The translations under genes and the position numbers were made by a program. The notes beneath the pieces are model-generated. The model was not told the origin of the DNA. It saw nothing but the letters and a program-made list of their open reading frames with translations, and did not search any database. A DNA stretch of 64,000 nt from Myxococcota bacterium (lineage in GTDB: Bacteria; Myxococcota_A; UBA796; SXON01): contig JAZKFH010000038.1 in the NCBI GenBank assembly GCA_040386535.1, positions 151,016 to 215,015 on the forward strand, written 5' to 3'. This document shows positions 28,065 through 37,117 of the stretch, piece after piece (the first letter of the stretch is position 1; every line of letters starts with the position of its first letter).

Positions 28065-29399
28065 CTACCGCGCCCCCGCCGCTGCCCGGACCTCCTCCCG
28101 CCGCGCCTCCGCGAGCCCGAGCAGCCCGACCCGCACCGCCTCGTCGAACTCCGCCTCGGTGCCGAGGAACGTCGCGTCCGCGGGCTCACCCGGGCCCTCG
28201 AACAACACGGGCCGCAACAGGTCGGCGAGCGCGTCGACGCGTTCCTCGAAGGCCTCGCGGGCGTAGGCCCCCTCGATCGCGTTGAGAAGGTGGAGGCGGT
28301 AGGCCTCGCGGTACCCGGGGTCGTCCAGGAGCAAGCGGATGAGTGGCCACTGCTCGTCGATCGTCGAGAGGAGCGGGTCCTCGGTGGGCGCCGGCCAGTC
28401 GGTGAAGGCCTCGTTGTGGTCCCACGGAATCCAATTCAGGCGGCCGTCGTCGGGAGGGGCGTAGAGGTAGTAGTTGTGGGCGATGACGCCGTAGGCGTCC
28501 CAGTTGCGCATGGCGCTGTTGACCGCCAGCCAGCGCAGGAACGCGTCGACGTCGAGGGTGGCCTCGAGGGCCGTCCGCCACGCCTCGGGGTCGGTGCGGT
28601 CGGCGTTCAGGGCCGTGACGAGCCGGGTCACGTCGGCTCCGTCGGCGGTGTCGGTCTTCGCCTCGAAGCTCGGCGCGTCGTCACACGTGAGGGTCGCGCA
28701 GGGGCCGTCCGGCTTGTAGAGGGCGCCCGCGTCGGTGCCCCAGATCCGCGCCACGAGCGTGTCCTCGGGGAGCTCCGTCGCGACGTACAGGCCGAGCGGC
28801 GCGGGGCCGGCGCCGGAATCGAGGGTCACCCACCAATACGCGGCGCGGGCGGCCGGGACGCCGCGGTCTTCGAGCACGGCGCTGGCGAGCACGTCGCGCA
28901 TCAGCGTGGGATCGCGGAAACCGTTGGAGAAGGTGAGCTCCTCGAAGCCGTACAGGCGCTGATCCTCCGCGCCGACCCCGTCTCCTACCAACTGATCGAA
29001 GTCGAGGCGGAACGGCAGCTTGCGGATGCCGCTCTCCCAGGCCGCGCGGAGGGTGGAATTGCCCTTGAGGCGGAAGCCGACGCCCTCCCACACCACCTCG
29101 TCCACCTCAACCTCCACGGGGAACCAGCTCGGGGAGCCGGCGTAGAGCACCGGGGGCTCGCCCGAGGGCGTGCCGCCGCCGCCGAAGGGCGTGCCGGTCA
29201 GGGTCGACATCTCGGCGTACATGGCGGCATGATCGGCCGCGTCCATACGCAGGGAGATGTGGTGGACGCTGTCGGCGCCGAACACCGCCGCGTAGTCCGG
29301 CCCTGCATCGTCGTCCCCGACCGCCCGCTCCGGCCCGACCCCCGGCGTGTCGACACACGCGCACAGCAGGGCCATCGGCCCGACAACCAACCGGTGCAT
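28065..29399 (-). CDS. CotH kinase family lipoprotein
   Basis: GFRLKGNST, KLPFRLDF, FSNGFRDPTLMRD, NWDAY...HNYYLY, IPWDHNEAF. Confidence 0.88.
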   Translation of the reverse strand: MHRLVVGPMALLCACVDTPGVGPERAVGDDDAGPDYAAVFGADSVHHISLRMDAADHAAMYAEMSTLTGTPFGGGGTPSGEPPVLYAGSPSWFPVEVEVDEVVWEGVGFRLKGNSTLRAAWESGIRKLPFRLDFDQLVGDGVGAEDQRLYGFEELTFSNGFRDPTLMRDVLASAVLEDRGVPAARAAYWWVTLDSGAGPAPLGLYVATELPEDTLVARIWGTDAGALYKPDGPCATLTCDDAPSFEAKTDTADGADVTRLVTALNADRTDPEAWRTALEATLDVDAFLRWLAVNSAMRNWDAYGVIAHNYYLYAPPDDGRLNWIPWDHNEAFTDWPAPTEDPLLSTIDEQWPLIRLLLDDPGYREAYRLHLLNAIEGAYAREAFEERVDALADLLRPVLFEGPGEPADATFLGTEAEFDEAVRVGLLGLAEARREEVRAAAGAR

Positions 29400-29474
29400 C
29401 CCGTTCCCCTTCCCTCGAAGGTAGGAACCGAATCGCCGGCAACGAGGCCGAGCTTCAGATCAACGAGCCACAGA

Positions 29475-31289
29475 TCACTCGCACGGCCAGCGCCCGAGAT
29501 CGACCGAGTTGTCGGTCTCGTCGCATTCCTCGACCACGCGGTCGACATCCACGCGCACGACCATGCCCCGGTCCCATTGCGCCTGGGTCAGCTGGAACGG
29601 GCCGGTGTGTTGGGCGGCGCCCGCGGCGAGCGACAAGGTGACACCGGTCACGAACGTGGTGCCCTGGTACACCCCGACGTTGAACGAGGGGGTGTCCGCG
29701 AGGCCCGTATTCTCGACGGGCACCATCACCTCGACCACCCCTTCGTCGCAGCGCAGGTCACAGATGACGGGGGCGCCGGGCGCGAGGTCGGCGAGATCGG
29801 TGGAGAGGCCGTACAAGGTGCCGCCGGCGCGGAAGTTGTTCCAGCGCTCCCAGTTGGGCTCCTCGTTGGTGGGGATGCCCCCGTCGTCGTCCACGTTGGT
29901 GATGTGGTACGCGAATTGGTTCCACACGGGACGGGAAGGGCGCCAGGAGTTGGTCGCGTCCCCGATGACGGTGATGCCGTTGTAGCCGGAGTAGGCGTAG
30001 TTGTTGGACGGGAGCACGATCTCGGTCGAACCGTCATTGTCGACGTCGACGATGAGGGGGTACTCGTAGAGGGTGCCGCTGGCGTGGCCGTCGTCCTGGA
30101 GCTTCACCGCGCCGGTCGCGCCGTCGTACACCCACAAGGTGAGCTCGTCGGCGTAGACGACGTCGGCCGCGCCGTCTCCCTCGAAGTCGAACACCGAGCT
30201 GCCGGTGACGGTCGAGGAGTAGTCGGACACCGGCATGCTCCAGAGCACGGTGCCGTCGGTGTCGAAGACGGTGTAGGCCGCGGCGCCGGCCACGCCGACC
30301 TCGGGCAGGCCGTCGTTGTCGAAGTCGGCCACGGTGGGCGGGCCGCCGTTGCCGCCGCCGGGATGGGCGGTCTGCCAGCGCACCACGCCGTCGATGTTGG
30401 TCACGACCACGGTGCCGGCGGTGGTGTGGACGATCTCGGGGGTGCCATCGAGGTCGAAGTCGCCCACCGCGCCGGGGCCGTCGGTCGTGGCATCGGTCCA
30501 CAGCAGGTTGCCGTTGCCACGGTAAACGGTGTTGCCTGCGATGATCTCCATCCGGCCGTCCCCGTCGAGGTCGACCGCGAAGGACAACCACCACCCCGCG
30601 CCGCCGGTGCCGGTCCAGAGCAGCGTGCCATCCGTGTCGAGCAACTGCCGGCCGAACACGACCTCGGATTGGCCGTCCGCGTCGACGTCGGCGAACGCGG
30701 GCGCGCCGTAGCCGTAGATCTCGGTGCCACCCACCCACTTGAGCGAGCCGTCGGCGTTGACACAAACGACCGCCACCTCGACGCCGGCCGTACACACCTC
30801 GGGCAGCCCATCGGCGTCGATGTCCCCGATCGCGACGCCGCCGCTGGAGAAGATGTGGTAGCCGCCGGGATCGTAGATGGACCAGTGCGTGCCGGAGCCG
30901 TCCCCGCTGATGGCCGTGAGCGTACCCGCCGAGGTGTACCCGCCGTTGGCGAAGCTGGTGAACACGATGTCGGGAATGTCATTGTCGTCGATGACACCGT
31001 CGGCGTTGTCATCGGTGAGGTTGCCGACCGAGGGGGTCGACATGATGTCGTCGTAGTCGGCGTAGGTCGGGTTGGCGGTCCATTGCCACTCGACCACGGG
31101 GCTGAAGGTGCCCACCGGAGGGTCGACCAGGCACGCCGCGTCGGTCGGGACGGCCCATGGGTCGGAGGGCAGGGCGCACTCCTCCGGGAGCACGCCGCTG
31201 TCCCCCTCGGGCGGGGTGACGTGCGGCTTGACCTCGTAGTCGCTGCACGCCGCGGCGAGGAGCACAAAGACGACCCGTGCTCCGCGCAT
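29475..31289 (-). CDS. FG-GAP/VCBS-repeat lipoprotein with C-terminal CARDB-like domain
   Basis: LAAAC lipobox; repeated D(I/L/F)DxDG..EI motifs; VDRVVEECDETDN. Confidence 0.88.
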   Translation of the reverse strand: MRGARVVFVLLAAACSDYEVKPHVTPPEGDSGVLPEECALPSDPWAVPTDAACLVDPPVGTFSPVVEWQWTANPTYADYDDIMSTPSVGNLTDDNADGVIDDNDIPDIVFTSFANGGYTSAGTLTAISGDGSGTHWSIYDPGGYHIFSSGGVAIGDIDADGLPEVCTAGVEVAVVCVNADGSLKWVGGTEIYGYGAPAFADVDADGQSEVVFGRQLLDTDGTLLWTGTGGAGWWLSFAVDLDGDGRMEIIAGNTVYRGNGNLLWTDATTDGPGAVGDFDLDGTPEIVHTTAGTVVVTNIDGVVRWQTAHPGGGNGGPPTVADFDNDGLPEVGVAGAAAYTVFDTDGTVLWSMPVSDYSSTVTGSSVFDFEGDGAADVVYADELTLWVYDGATGAVKLQDDGHASGTLYEYPLIVDVDNDGSTEIVLPSNNYAYSGYNGITVIGDATNSWRPSRPVWNQFAYHITNVDDDGGIPTNEEPNWERWNNFRAGGTLYGLSTDLADLAPGAPVICDLRCDEGVVEVMVPVENTGLADTPSFNVGVYQGTTFVTGVTLSLAAGAAQHTGPFQLTQAQWDRGMVVRVDVDRVVEECDETDNSVDLGRWPCE

Positions 31290-31292
31290 GGA

Positions 31293-33614
31293 CTACTCTC
31301 CCTTTTCGAGCTTCTTCTGCGCCATTTGAACATACTTGCGGATGTTCGGGATCTCGGGGTCGAGCGCGAGGGCGCGCTGGAGGTCCTGGTGCGCCTGCCG
31401 GTAGTTCTTGCGGTAGTAGTGGGAGATGCCGCGGCGGCAGCGGGCCATGGCGTGGCTGCCGTCGATCTCGACCGCCTGGTCGTAGAACTCGATGGCGCGC
31501 TTGTACTCCTTGCGGGCGAAGTACAGGTCACCCATCGCGACGTGTGACTCGGGGCGGTCGGGCGCGTGGTCCTCGGCGCGCGCGAAGTCGCTCATGGCGC
31601 TGGAGTAGTCCCCGAGCTCGAGGTGGCACCGACCGCGGCCGATGTGCGCCTCGACGAGGTTGTAGCGCATGTCCAGCGCGTCGGTGTAGAGCTGGATGGC
31701 CTTGTGGAAGTCGCCCCGGCGCGCGAGCACGTTCGCCTCCACGATGAGCTTCTGCACGTGGTTGTCGTCGGGCACCACGCTCTCGCGCACGGGCGGTGGG
31801 AGGTCGGCGGCGGGGTTGGTGCGGTCGTCCGGGTCGTCCTCGGTGAGGCGGGGGGCGCCGCGCTGCGTCCGGACGGCGACGTTGCTCTCGAAGGACACGG
31901 ACAGGTTGCTCGCGCCGCTGTGGGCGCGGATCTCGTTGGCGCCCTCGTCCTCGTTCGGCTCCTCGTCGGCGGGGAGGTCGATCTCCTCCTCGGCGCCGGC
32001 CAGCCGCGGCGCGGCCCCACGCCCGGCGGCGCGTACGTCGAGCCGGGCGGCCGAGGCACCGGACACGCGCGGCTCCCGCAGCGTCGGCAGGGACGCGCGA
32101 TCCGCGGCCTTGACGCTGATGGTCTCCTCGTCGAAGCGGCCGGCGGCGCGGGGCGCGGCGAGCTCGGGGGGCAACAGGCGCGGGCCGGGCGCGGGCTCGG
32201 GAGCGGGCTCGGGAGGGGCCCCGAAGTCGAGGACGCTGTGCTCGTGCAGCCCGTCGGGGTCGACCGGCGCGTTGCCGTCCTCCGTCGGCGCGGCGAGGAA
32301 CGAGGGGCGCTCGGAGGTGCGGACCACGGGCGTCGGGCTCGCGACGGCGGGGGGGGCGATGGCCGGGACAGATTTTGCGGCCGCTCCCCGTTCGACGGCG
32401 GGGGCGGTGCCGAGGGCGCCCGCGGCCCAGTCCGACAGGTCGTTCGAGAGGAGCGAGGCCGGCGCGATGGTCAGCACGGCGACCACGGTGGCGTCGGGCT
32501 CCGCGGGGGGGGCCGACGCGAGCAGATCGGCCAGGGACGGCAGGAACTCTGCGGGAGGAGCGGGCTCGGAGGTCGGCTCGGGCTCGGGGGGGGGCGCCGC
32601 GACCCTCGGCTCCGGTGCCGGCGGCAGCGCCGCGGCGCGGCTGACCTCGTCCATCGTGAACTCGATGGGCGTGAAGTCGGTCGTCCCCAGATCGGGCAGC
32701 TCGCCCGTGGTTTCCGTGGTGGTGAAGGTCTCCTCGGCGGGCGCGTGGGGGTCCGCCGGGATCTGGATGGCGGGGCTCGGCGGCGGGGTGACCGGCGCCA
32801 CGGGCGCGACGACCACGGGCGCGACGACCACGGGCGCGACGCTGGGAAGCACGGCCGGCGTGACGACGGGGCCCGGCGTAGGGCGCGCGGCCGCCTGCGC
32901 GAGGTCCCTGAGCGTGTCCACGACGGGATCGGCGGGCTGGCGCCGCGGGGCCACGGGCGGGCCCGAGCGGTCCAGCAGGAGGGAGCGCGCCATCCGCTCC
33001 GTCGAGCGGCGCTGGCCGGAAGCGTCGGTTTGCGAGAGCGTTGGCGCGATGGCCGGCGTGCTGGTCGGCGCGACGGCGGGGGTGGGAGGGACCGCAGCCG
33101 GGGCGGGGGACGGAGCCGCGGCGACGGGCGTGACGGCCACCGCCGGGAGCGCGGGGAGGGGGACGGGGGCCGGGACGACCGGAAGGGGGACGGGCGCGAC
33201 GACGGGGCGGGCCGCGGGCGCCGGAGCGACGGGGCGGGCCGCGGGCACCACGGCCGGAGTTGGCGCCACGGTCGGCATGGAGGCCGCGAGCGCCGACACG
33301 TGGCCGGCCGCCTCGGGGCGCAGCGCGCGCAGGTGGAGCGCGAGGCGGCGCTCGATCACGGCCCCTGCGGTGTCCTCGTACGAGAGGTCCGCCGCGGCGT
33401 CGCGATGCAGGGCCATCAGGCGGTCGAACGGGAGGTGGGCGGCCGCGAGCTGGAGGAGCGCCGCGCGCCCCGCCGTGAGCGTGCCGAGCACGGCGCGCGC
33501 CGCTTCGAGCGTGCCGTCCGGAGAGCCGCCGCCGGAGCCTGCGGAGAGGCCGCCGAGTGAACTGAACGAGGGGCCGCCCGCGGGCCCCGGAGCGGGAGGG
33601 CGTTCACTCGGCAT
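31293..33614 (-). CDS. TPR protein with long Pro/Ala-rich disordered N-terminal region
   Basis: About four TPRs at the C-terminus (AHIGRGRCHLELGDYSSAMSDF, MGDLYFARKEYKRAIEFY). Confidence 0.85.
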   Translation of the reverse strand: MPSERPPAPGPAGGPSFSSLGGLSAGSGGGSPDGTLEAARAVLGTLTAGRAALLQLAAAHLPFDRLMALHRDAAADLSYEDTAGAVIERRLALHLRALRPEAAGHVSALAASMPTVAPTPAVVPAARPVAPAPAARPVVAPVPLPVVPAPVPLPALPAVAVTPVAAAPSPAPAAVPPTPAVAPTSTPAIAPTLSQTDASGQRRSTERMARSLLLDRSGPPVAPRRQPADPVVDTLRDLAQAAARPTPGPVVTPAVLPSVAPVVVAPVVVAPVAPVTPPPSPAIQIPADPHAPAEETFTTTETTGELPDLGTTDFTPIEFTMDEVSRAAALPPAPEPRVAAPPPEPEPTSEPAPPAEFLPSLADLLASAPPAEPDATVVAVLTIAPASLLSNDLSDWAAGALGTAPAVERGAAAKSVPAIAPPAVASPTPVVRTSERPSFLAAPTEDGNAPVDPDGLHEHSVLDFGAPPEPAPEPAPGPRLLPPELAAPRAAGRFDEETISVKAADRASLPTLREPRVSGASAARLDVRAAGRGAAPRLAGAEEEIDLPADEEPNEDEGANEIRAHSGASNLSVSFESNVAVRTQRGAPRLTEDDPDDRTNPAADLPPPVRESVVPDDNHVQKLIVEANVLARRGDFHKAIQLYTDALDMRYNLVEAHIGRGRCHLELGDYSSAMSDFARAEDHAPDRPESHVAMGDLYFARKEYKRAIEFYDQAVEIDGSHAMARCRRGISHYYRKNYRQAHQDLQRALALDPEIPNIRKYVQMAQKKLEKGE

Positions 33615-33620
33615 GGGCGG

Positions 33621-34151
33621 CTACTCCTTGGCGCCGATGTTGAGCGCCTGCATCTGCTGGGACAGGCCGCTCATGCTCATCATCAGCTCTTCGCGGAGCT
33701 TGCGCATGCGCCCCACGTTCTCCTCAAGCGTGCGGAGCTTGCCCTTCAGATCGGTGTTCTCGCGGCGGAGCGCCTCGCTCTCCTCCTCGAGGCCGCGCAT
33801 GCGGCCGCGCTGGTCCTCGATCTGGGCGTCGGCTTCGCGCACTTCGCGCTCGGTGCGCTCGACCTGGTCGCGCAGGCGATCGCGCTCGCCGACGAGGCCG
33901 CCGTGCTGGGTGCGCACCTCGTCCGCGCGGGCGCGGAGCGCCTCCATCTCGGCGCGCAGCTCGGTGATCTCGCCCGACAGGGTCTCCTGGAGCTGGCGGT
34001 AGCGGCTGATCTCCATCTCGGTCGAGACCACCTGCCGGGTGGCCTGCTCGGCGCCCTTCATGGCCGCCATGAGCTCCTGGATCCGGGCCTCGAGGATGCC
34101 CGCGAGCTCGGAGGAGATCTGGTTCAGCCGGTCGCTACTTTCGGTCGCCAT
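33621..34151 (-). CDS. Coiled-coil protein
   Basis: Continuous E/R/L heptads over about 170 aa; RBS GGAG; 6 bp upstream of the TPR gene. Confidence 0.85.
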   Translation of the reverse strand: MATESSDRLNQISSELAGILEARIQELMAAMKGAEQATRQVVSTEMEISRYRQLQETLSGEITELRAEMEALRARADEVRTQHGGLVGERDRLRDQVERTEREVREADAQIEDQRGRMRGLEEESEALRRENTDLKGKLRTLEENVGRMRKLREELMMSMSGLSQQMQALNIGAKE

Positions 34152-34218
34152 CAACGCTCCTGGGTTTCCGCCAGGGCCACGCTATCAGGATCGACCTCGC
34201 GGAGCCATTACAGCGGGG

Positions 34219-34303
34219 CGGGGCGGGGCGTCGGGCGGCCCGGCGGCGGGCGGGGCGTCGGGCGGCCCGGCGGCGGGGCGGGGCGTCGGGCGGCCCGGCG
34301 GCG
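34219..34303. repeat. GC-rich tandem repeat, about 27-28 bp x3
   Basis: GGCGGGGCGTCGGGCGGCCCGGCGGCG repeated three times. Confidence 0.7.
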
Positions 34304-34440
34304 CGGCGCCGCCGTCGGGTCGGCTCCAGGCAGCGCTGCGCTCGGTCCGGCGGCGCGCCGAGGCGGCGCGCCGCCGGGACCGGCCGCTGCCGCGGCCGCC
34401 TTCCGCGCCCCTGCCGCGGGGCGTGGTCGTCCGGGGCGGC
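34299..34440 (+). repeat. Composite intergenic element; end blocks repeated at 35182-35284; contains GGTCC-[12-bp stem]-GGGACC
   Basis: 34299-34328 matches 35182-35211 (29/30); 34404-34440 matches 35248-35284. Confidence 0.75.
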
Positions 34441-34581
34441 GCCAAGCTGGACGCGTTTGCGCGACGCTGCGCGCGGCTCCTCGCCCCCGAACCTCCCGCC
34501 CGAAAGCACGCCACGCTATGGCCCTCATGGTCCCCGCCTCGCCAGTACCTGGCCGCCAACGGAAGGACTGAAGAGACGATC

Positions 34582-35145
34582 ATGCGCTCGGTGCTCGCCG
34601 ATTTCGAACGCGTCCTCCCCTTGGAAGTGTCGGATGGCCTCGCCCCGCCCGCGAGTGAAGTGGAGTTGGACGACGCCCAGGCACGGCTGGGCGTACTCCT
34701 CGACCCCGCCCATCGAGCGCTTCTGACGTGGCATGACGGGGGCAAGCCCGGGCCCGAGCGAAGGCGGCGGATGATCGAGCTTGTTCCCCGATTTCGCCTC
34801 CTCTCGGCGACGGAGTTGCCCGGCCACCACGACGCTCTCCGTGCAGGGCTGCCCGAGTGGGCAGGTTTCACGCCGTTTTGCGCGCACCGGACCGCCCCCG
34901 CGTGGCTCGCGTTTGCCGAGCCCGGGCACCCGATGCACGGTCGCGTCGTGATGATCGACGTGCACGCGATCGACTTCCCCAGCTACGCATCCGCGTTCGA
35001 CGACGTTCGTGCGATGCTCCAGACTGTGGTCCAAGCGATCGAGGAGGGTGCGATCGTGTTCGATGGCGGGACGATGCAGCGTGGAGCCGGGTTTCGCGAC
35101 ATCGCGGCGCGTCGCAACCCACAGTGCACGATCTGGAGTGCCTGA
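34582..35145 (+). CDS. SMI1/KNR4 (SUKH) family immunity-like protein
   Basis: LAPPASEVELDDAQARLGVLLDPAHRALLTWHDG...FRLLS...FTPF...GRVV pattern; lower GC. Confidence 0.75.
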   Translation: MRSVLADFERVLPLEVSDGLAPPASEVELDDAQARLGVLLDPAHRALLTWHDGGKPGPERRRRMIELVPRFRLLSATELPGHHDALRAGLPEWAGFTPFCAHRTAPAWLAFAEPGHPMHGRVVMIDVHAIDFPSYASAFDDVRAMLQTVVQAIEEGAIVFDGGTMQRGAGFRDIAARRNPQCTIWSA

Positions 35146-35349
35146 GCATGGATGGGGCGCCGAAGGGCCCGCTCCTCAATACGGCGCGGCGCCGCCGTCG
35201 CGTCGGCTCCAATCCGGACGGTCCACCTCCGGCCACGGGCCTCCTTGCGCGCCCCTGCCGCGGGGCGTGTTCGTTGGGGGCGGCCGCGTTCGAATTGGAA
35301 GGTTCTGTTGCCGTGGGAGTCTGGCAACGTCCCAAGTCGGAGGATGCGA

Positions 35350-35596
35350 TCTCCGTGCCTATGCACAATCCTAAGCCCTCGAGTACTCGGGCGCCGAGGT
35401 CCGAGGTCATGCCCCCTTCAACGCCGCTAAATCGGAGTCATGCCCCCGTGAACGCCCAATTCGGGGCTCGCTTCACGCGCCCTCTACGGAGCAAGCGGCG
35501 TTTTCCGCGCGGGCGCGAGCGCTTGCAGCCTGGATCCGAGCATTCAACCAGGCATGACTCCCTGCCGCGTGCACTCATGGGGACATGACCCTGCGG
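35350..35596. mobile_element. 247-bp MITE/REPIN-like element, copy 2
   Basis: Collinear with 17077-17323; shares an identical 65-bp block and an identical 34-bp terminal block. Confidence 0.75.
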
Positions 35597-35769
35597 TCGG
35601 GCTCCTGCGGCGCCCGCCGCGATTGGGGGAGTCGGCCGTGGGCTCCAGAGACCTCGGGAGCGAGGCCTGCTGGGACGCACGGGCGCCTGACCCCTCTCCA
35701 AGGCTGGCGCCACCAGACGAATCCGACCCCCACCCGGGCGAGGAGACTGGAGGGCGGCCGCCGCTCCGG

Positions 35770-35814
35770 GCGGCCGGTCCCGCCCGCGCCGCGCGGGCGG
35801 ACCAAGCGCAGCGC
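35770..35814 (-). repeat. Inverted copy of the GGTCC-[stem]-GGGACCGGCCGC element
   Basis: Minus strand reads GCGCTGCGCTTGGTCC-GCCCGCGC-G-GCGCGGGC-GGGACCGGCCGC. Confidence 0.65.
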
Positions 35815-35910
35815 GCCCGCAAGGCGCCGACCCCGGCTCCGCCGGGGGCGCCCCCCGCTCCGCCCGTAGCTCCGCCATTCCCCCGCCCCAGCGCGCTATG
35901 CTCCCACCTC

Positions 35911-36369
35911 GTGGACCCCCGCCCCGCCAGGCCGCGCGTGCTCGTCGTGGATGACCACGCGCGCGACCGTTTGCACGTGGTGGCCGCGCTCGCCGGGCGG
36001 TTCGACGTGTTCCCGGTGCCGTCGGGTGACGATCCGCTGCGCGCCGCACGCGCGCGCCGACCCGAGCTGGTGCTGGTCTCGCTAGGGCACGGCTCGGTCG
36101 ACGACGCGCTCCGCATCTGCCGCACGCTGCGCACCGACGTGCGGCCGCTGGAGCGCGTGGCCGTGTACGTGCGGGGGCGTCCGCCGCGCACCGCCGAGCA
36201 GGTGTGCGAGACGTGGCGCGCGGACGGGTACCTCGCCGGGGAGTTCGACGGGCCCGCGCTCCTCGACTTCGCCGAGGCGGTGCTGCGGGGCGAACGTCCG
36301 GTGCGGATCCCCGACGTGAGCGCGAGCCCGCTCGCCCGCCTCGTCGGGCGGCTTCGTCGGGGAAGGTAG
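35911..36369 (+). CDS. Atypical (pseudo-)receiver domain protein
   Basis: RVLVVDD...RPELVLVSL...ALRICRTLR...WRADGYL receiver pattern; phospho-acceptor Asp and conserved Lys not seen. Confidence 0.7.
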   Translation: MDPRPARPRVLVVDDHARDRLHVVAALAGRFDVFPVPSGDDPLRAARARRPELVLVSLGHGSVDDALRICRTLRTDVRPLERVAVYVRGRPPRTAEQVCETWRADGYLAGEFDGPALLDFAEAVLRGERPVRIPDVSASPLARLVGRLRRGR

Positions 36370-36413
36370 CGGTTGGGAGCGCCGGTGGAACGCCACGGTG
36401 GTACCGTCGTGGC

Positions 36414-37112
36414 ATGGCGTCGATGACCGGCAGCGTGGTGGTGCTCTCCGGGGCCGGGCTCTCCGCGGCCTCGGGCGTGCAGACGTTCCGCGGCGGGGGC
36501 GGGCTCTGGGAGGGGCACGCGGTCGAGGACGTCGCGACGCCACAAGCGTGGGTGCGCGATCCGTGGCTGGTGCGCCGCTTCTACGACGAGCGTCGCGCCG
36601 GGGTCGCCGCGGTGAAGCCCAACGCGGGCCACCACGCGCTCGTGCGCCTGCAGCGGGTGTGGGGCGCCGACCGCGTCCTGCTCGTGACGCAGAACATCGA
36701 CGGGCTGCTCGGCGTGGCCGGGGCGACCGAGGTGCTCGAGATGCACGGCGCGCTGCGCAAGCTGCGGTGCGAGGCGCACGAGGACCACCCCTGGGTGGAC
36801 GTGGTCGGGGTTCAGGATCCGGCCGTGCGGTGCGAGTGCGGCGCCGCGCTCCGGCCCGCGGTGGTGTGGTTCGGCGAGGTCCCCCTCTTCATGGAGCGGA
36901 TCACCGAGGCGCTCGCGGCGTGCTCCCTGTTCCTCTCCGTCGGCACGTCGGGCCTCGTGTACCCGGCCGCCGGGTTCGTCCGGATCGCCAGCCAGGCCGG
37001 CGCGCACTGTGTCGAGGTCAACCCGACCCCGGCCGGGGGGCCGTTCGACCAGGTGGTCGCCGAGGGCGCCGAGACCGCGCTCCCCCGCGTCGTGGACGCG
37101 TTGCTCGCGTGA
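36414..37112 (+). CDS. cobB: NAD-dependent protein deacylase (sirtuin)
   Basis: GAGLSAASGVQTFR, TQNIDGL, EMHG, LRPAVVWFGE, VGTSGLVYPAAG. Confidence 0.95.
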   Translation: MASMTGSVVVLSGAGLSAASGVQTFRGGGGLWEGHAVEDVATPQAWVRDPWLVRRFYDERRAGVAAVKPNAGHHALVRLQRVWGADRVLLVTQNIDGLLGVAGATEVLEMHGALRKLRCEAHEDHPWVDVVGVQDPAVRCECGAALRPAVVWFGEVPLFMERITEALAACSLFLSVGTSGLVYPAAGFVRIASQAGAHCVEVNPTPAGGPFDQVVAEGAETALPRVVDALLA

Positions 37113-37117
37113 AGGGG

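Noticed and set aside
28290..34002. Long plus-strand ORFs (1085, 664 and 768 aa)
   Set aside because: Antisense to the CotH, FG-GAP and TPR genes; low-information composition
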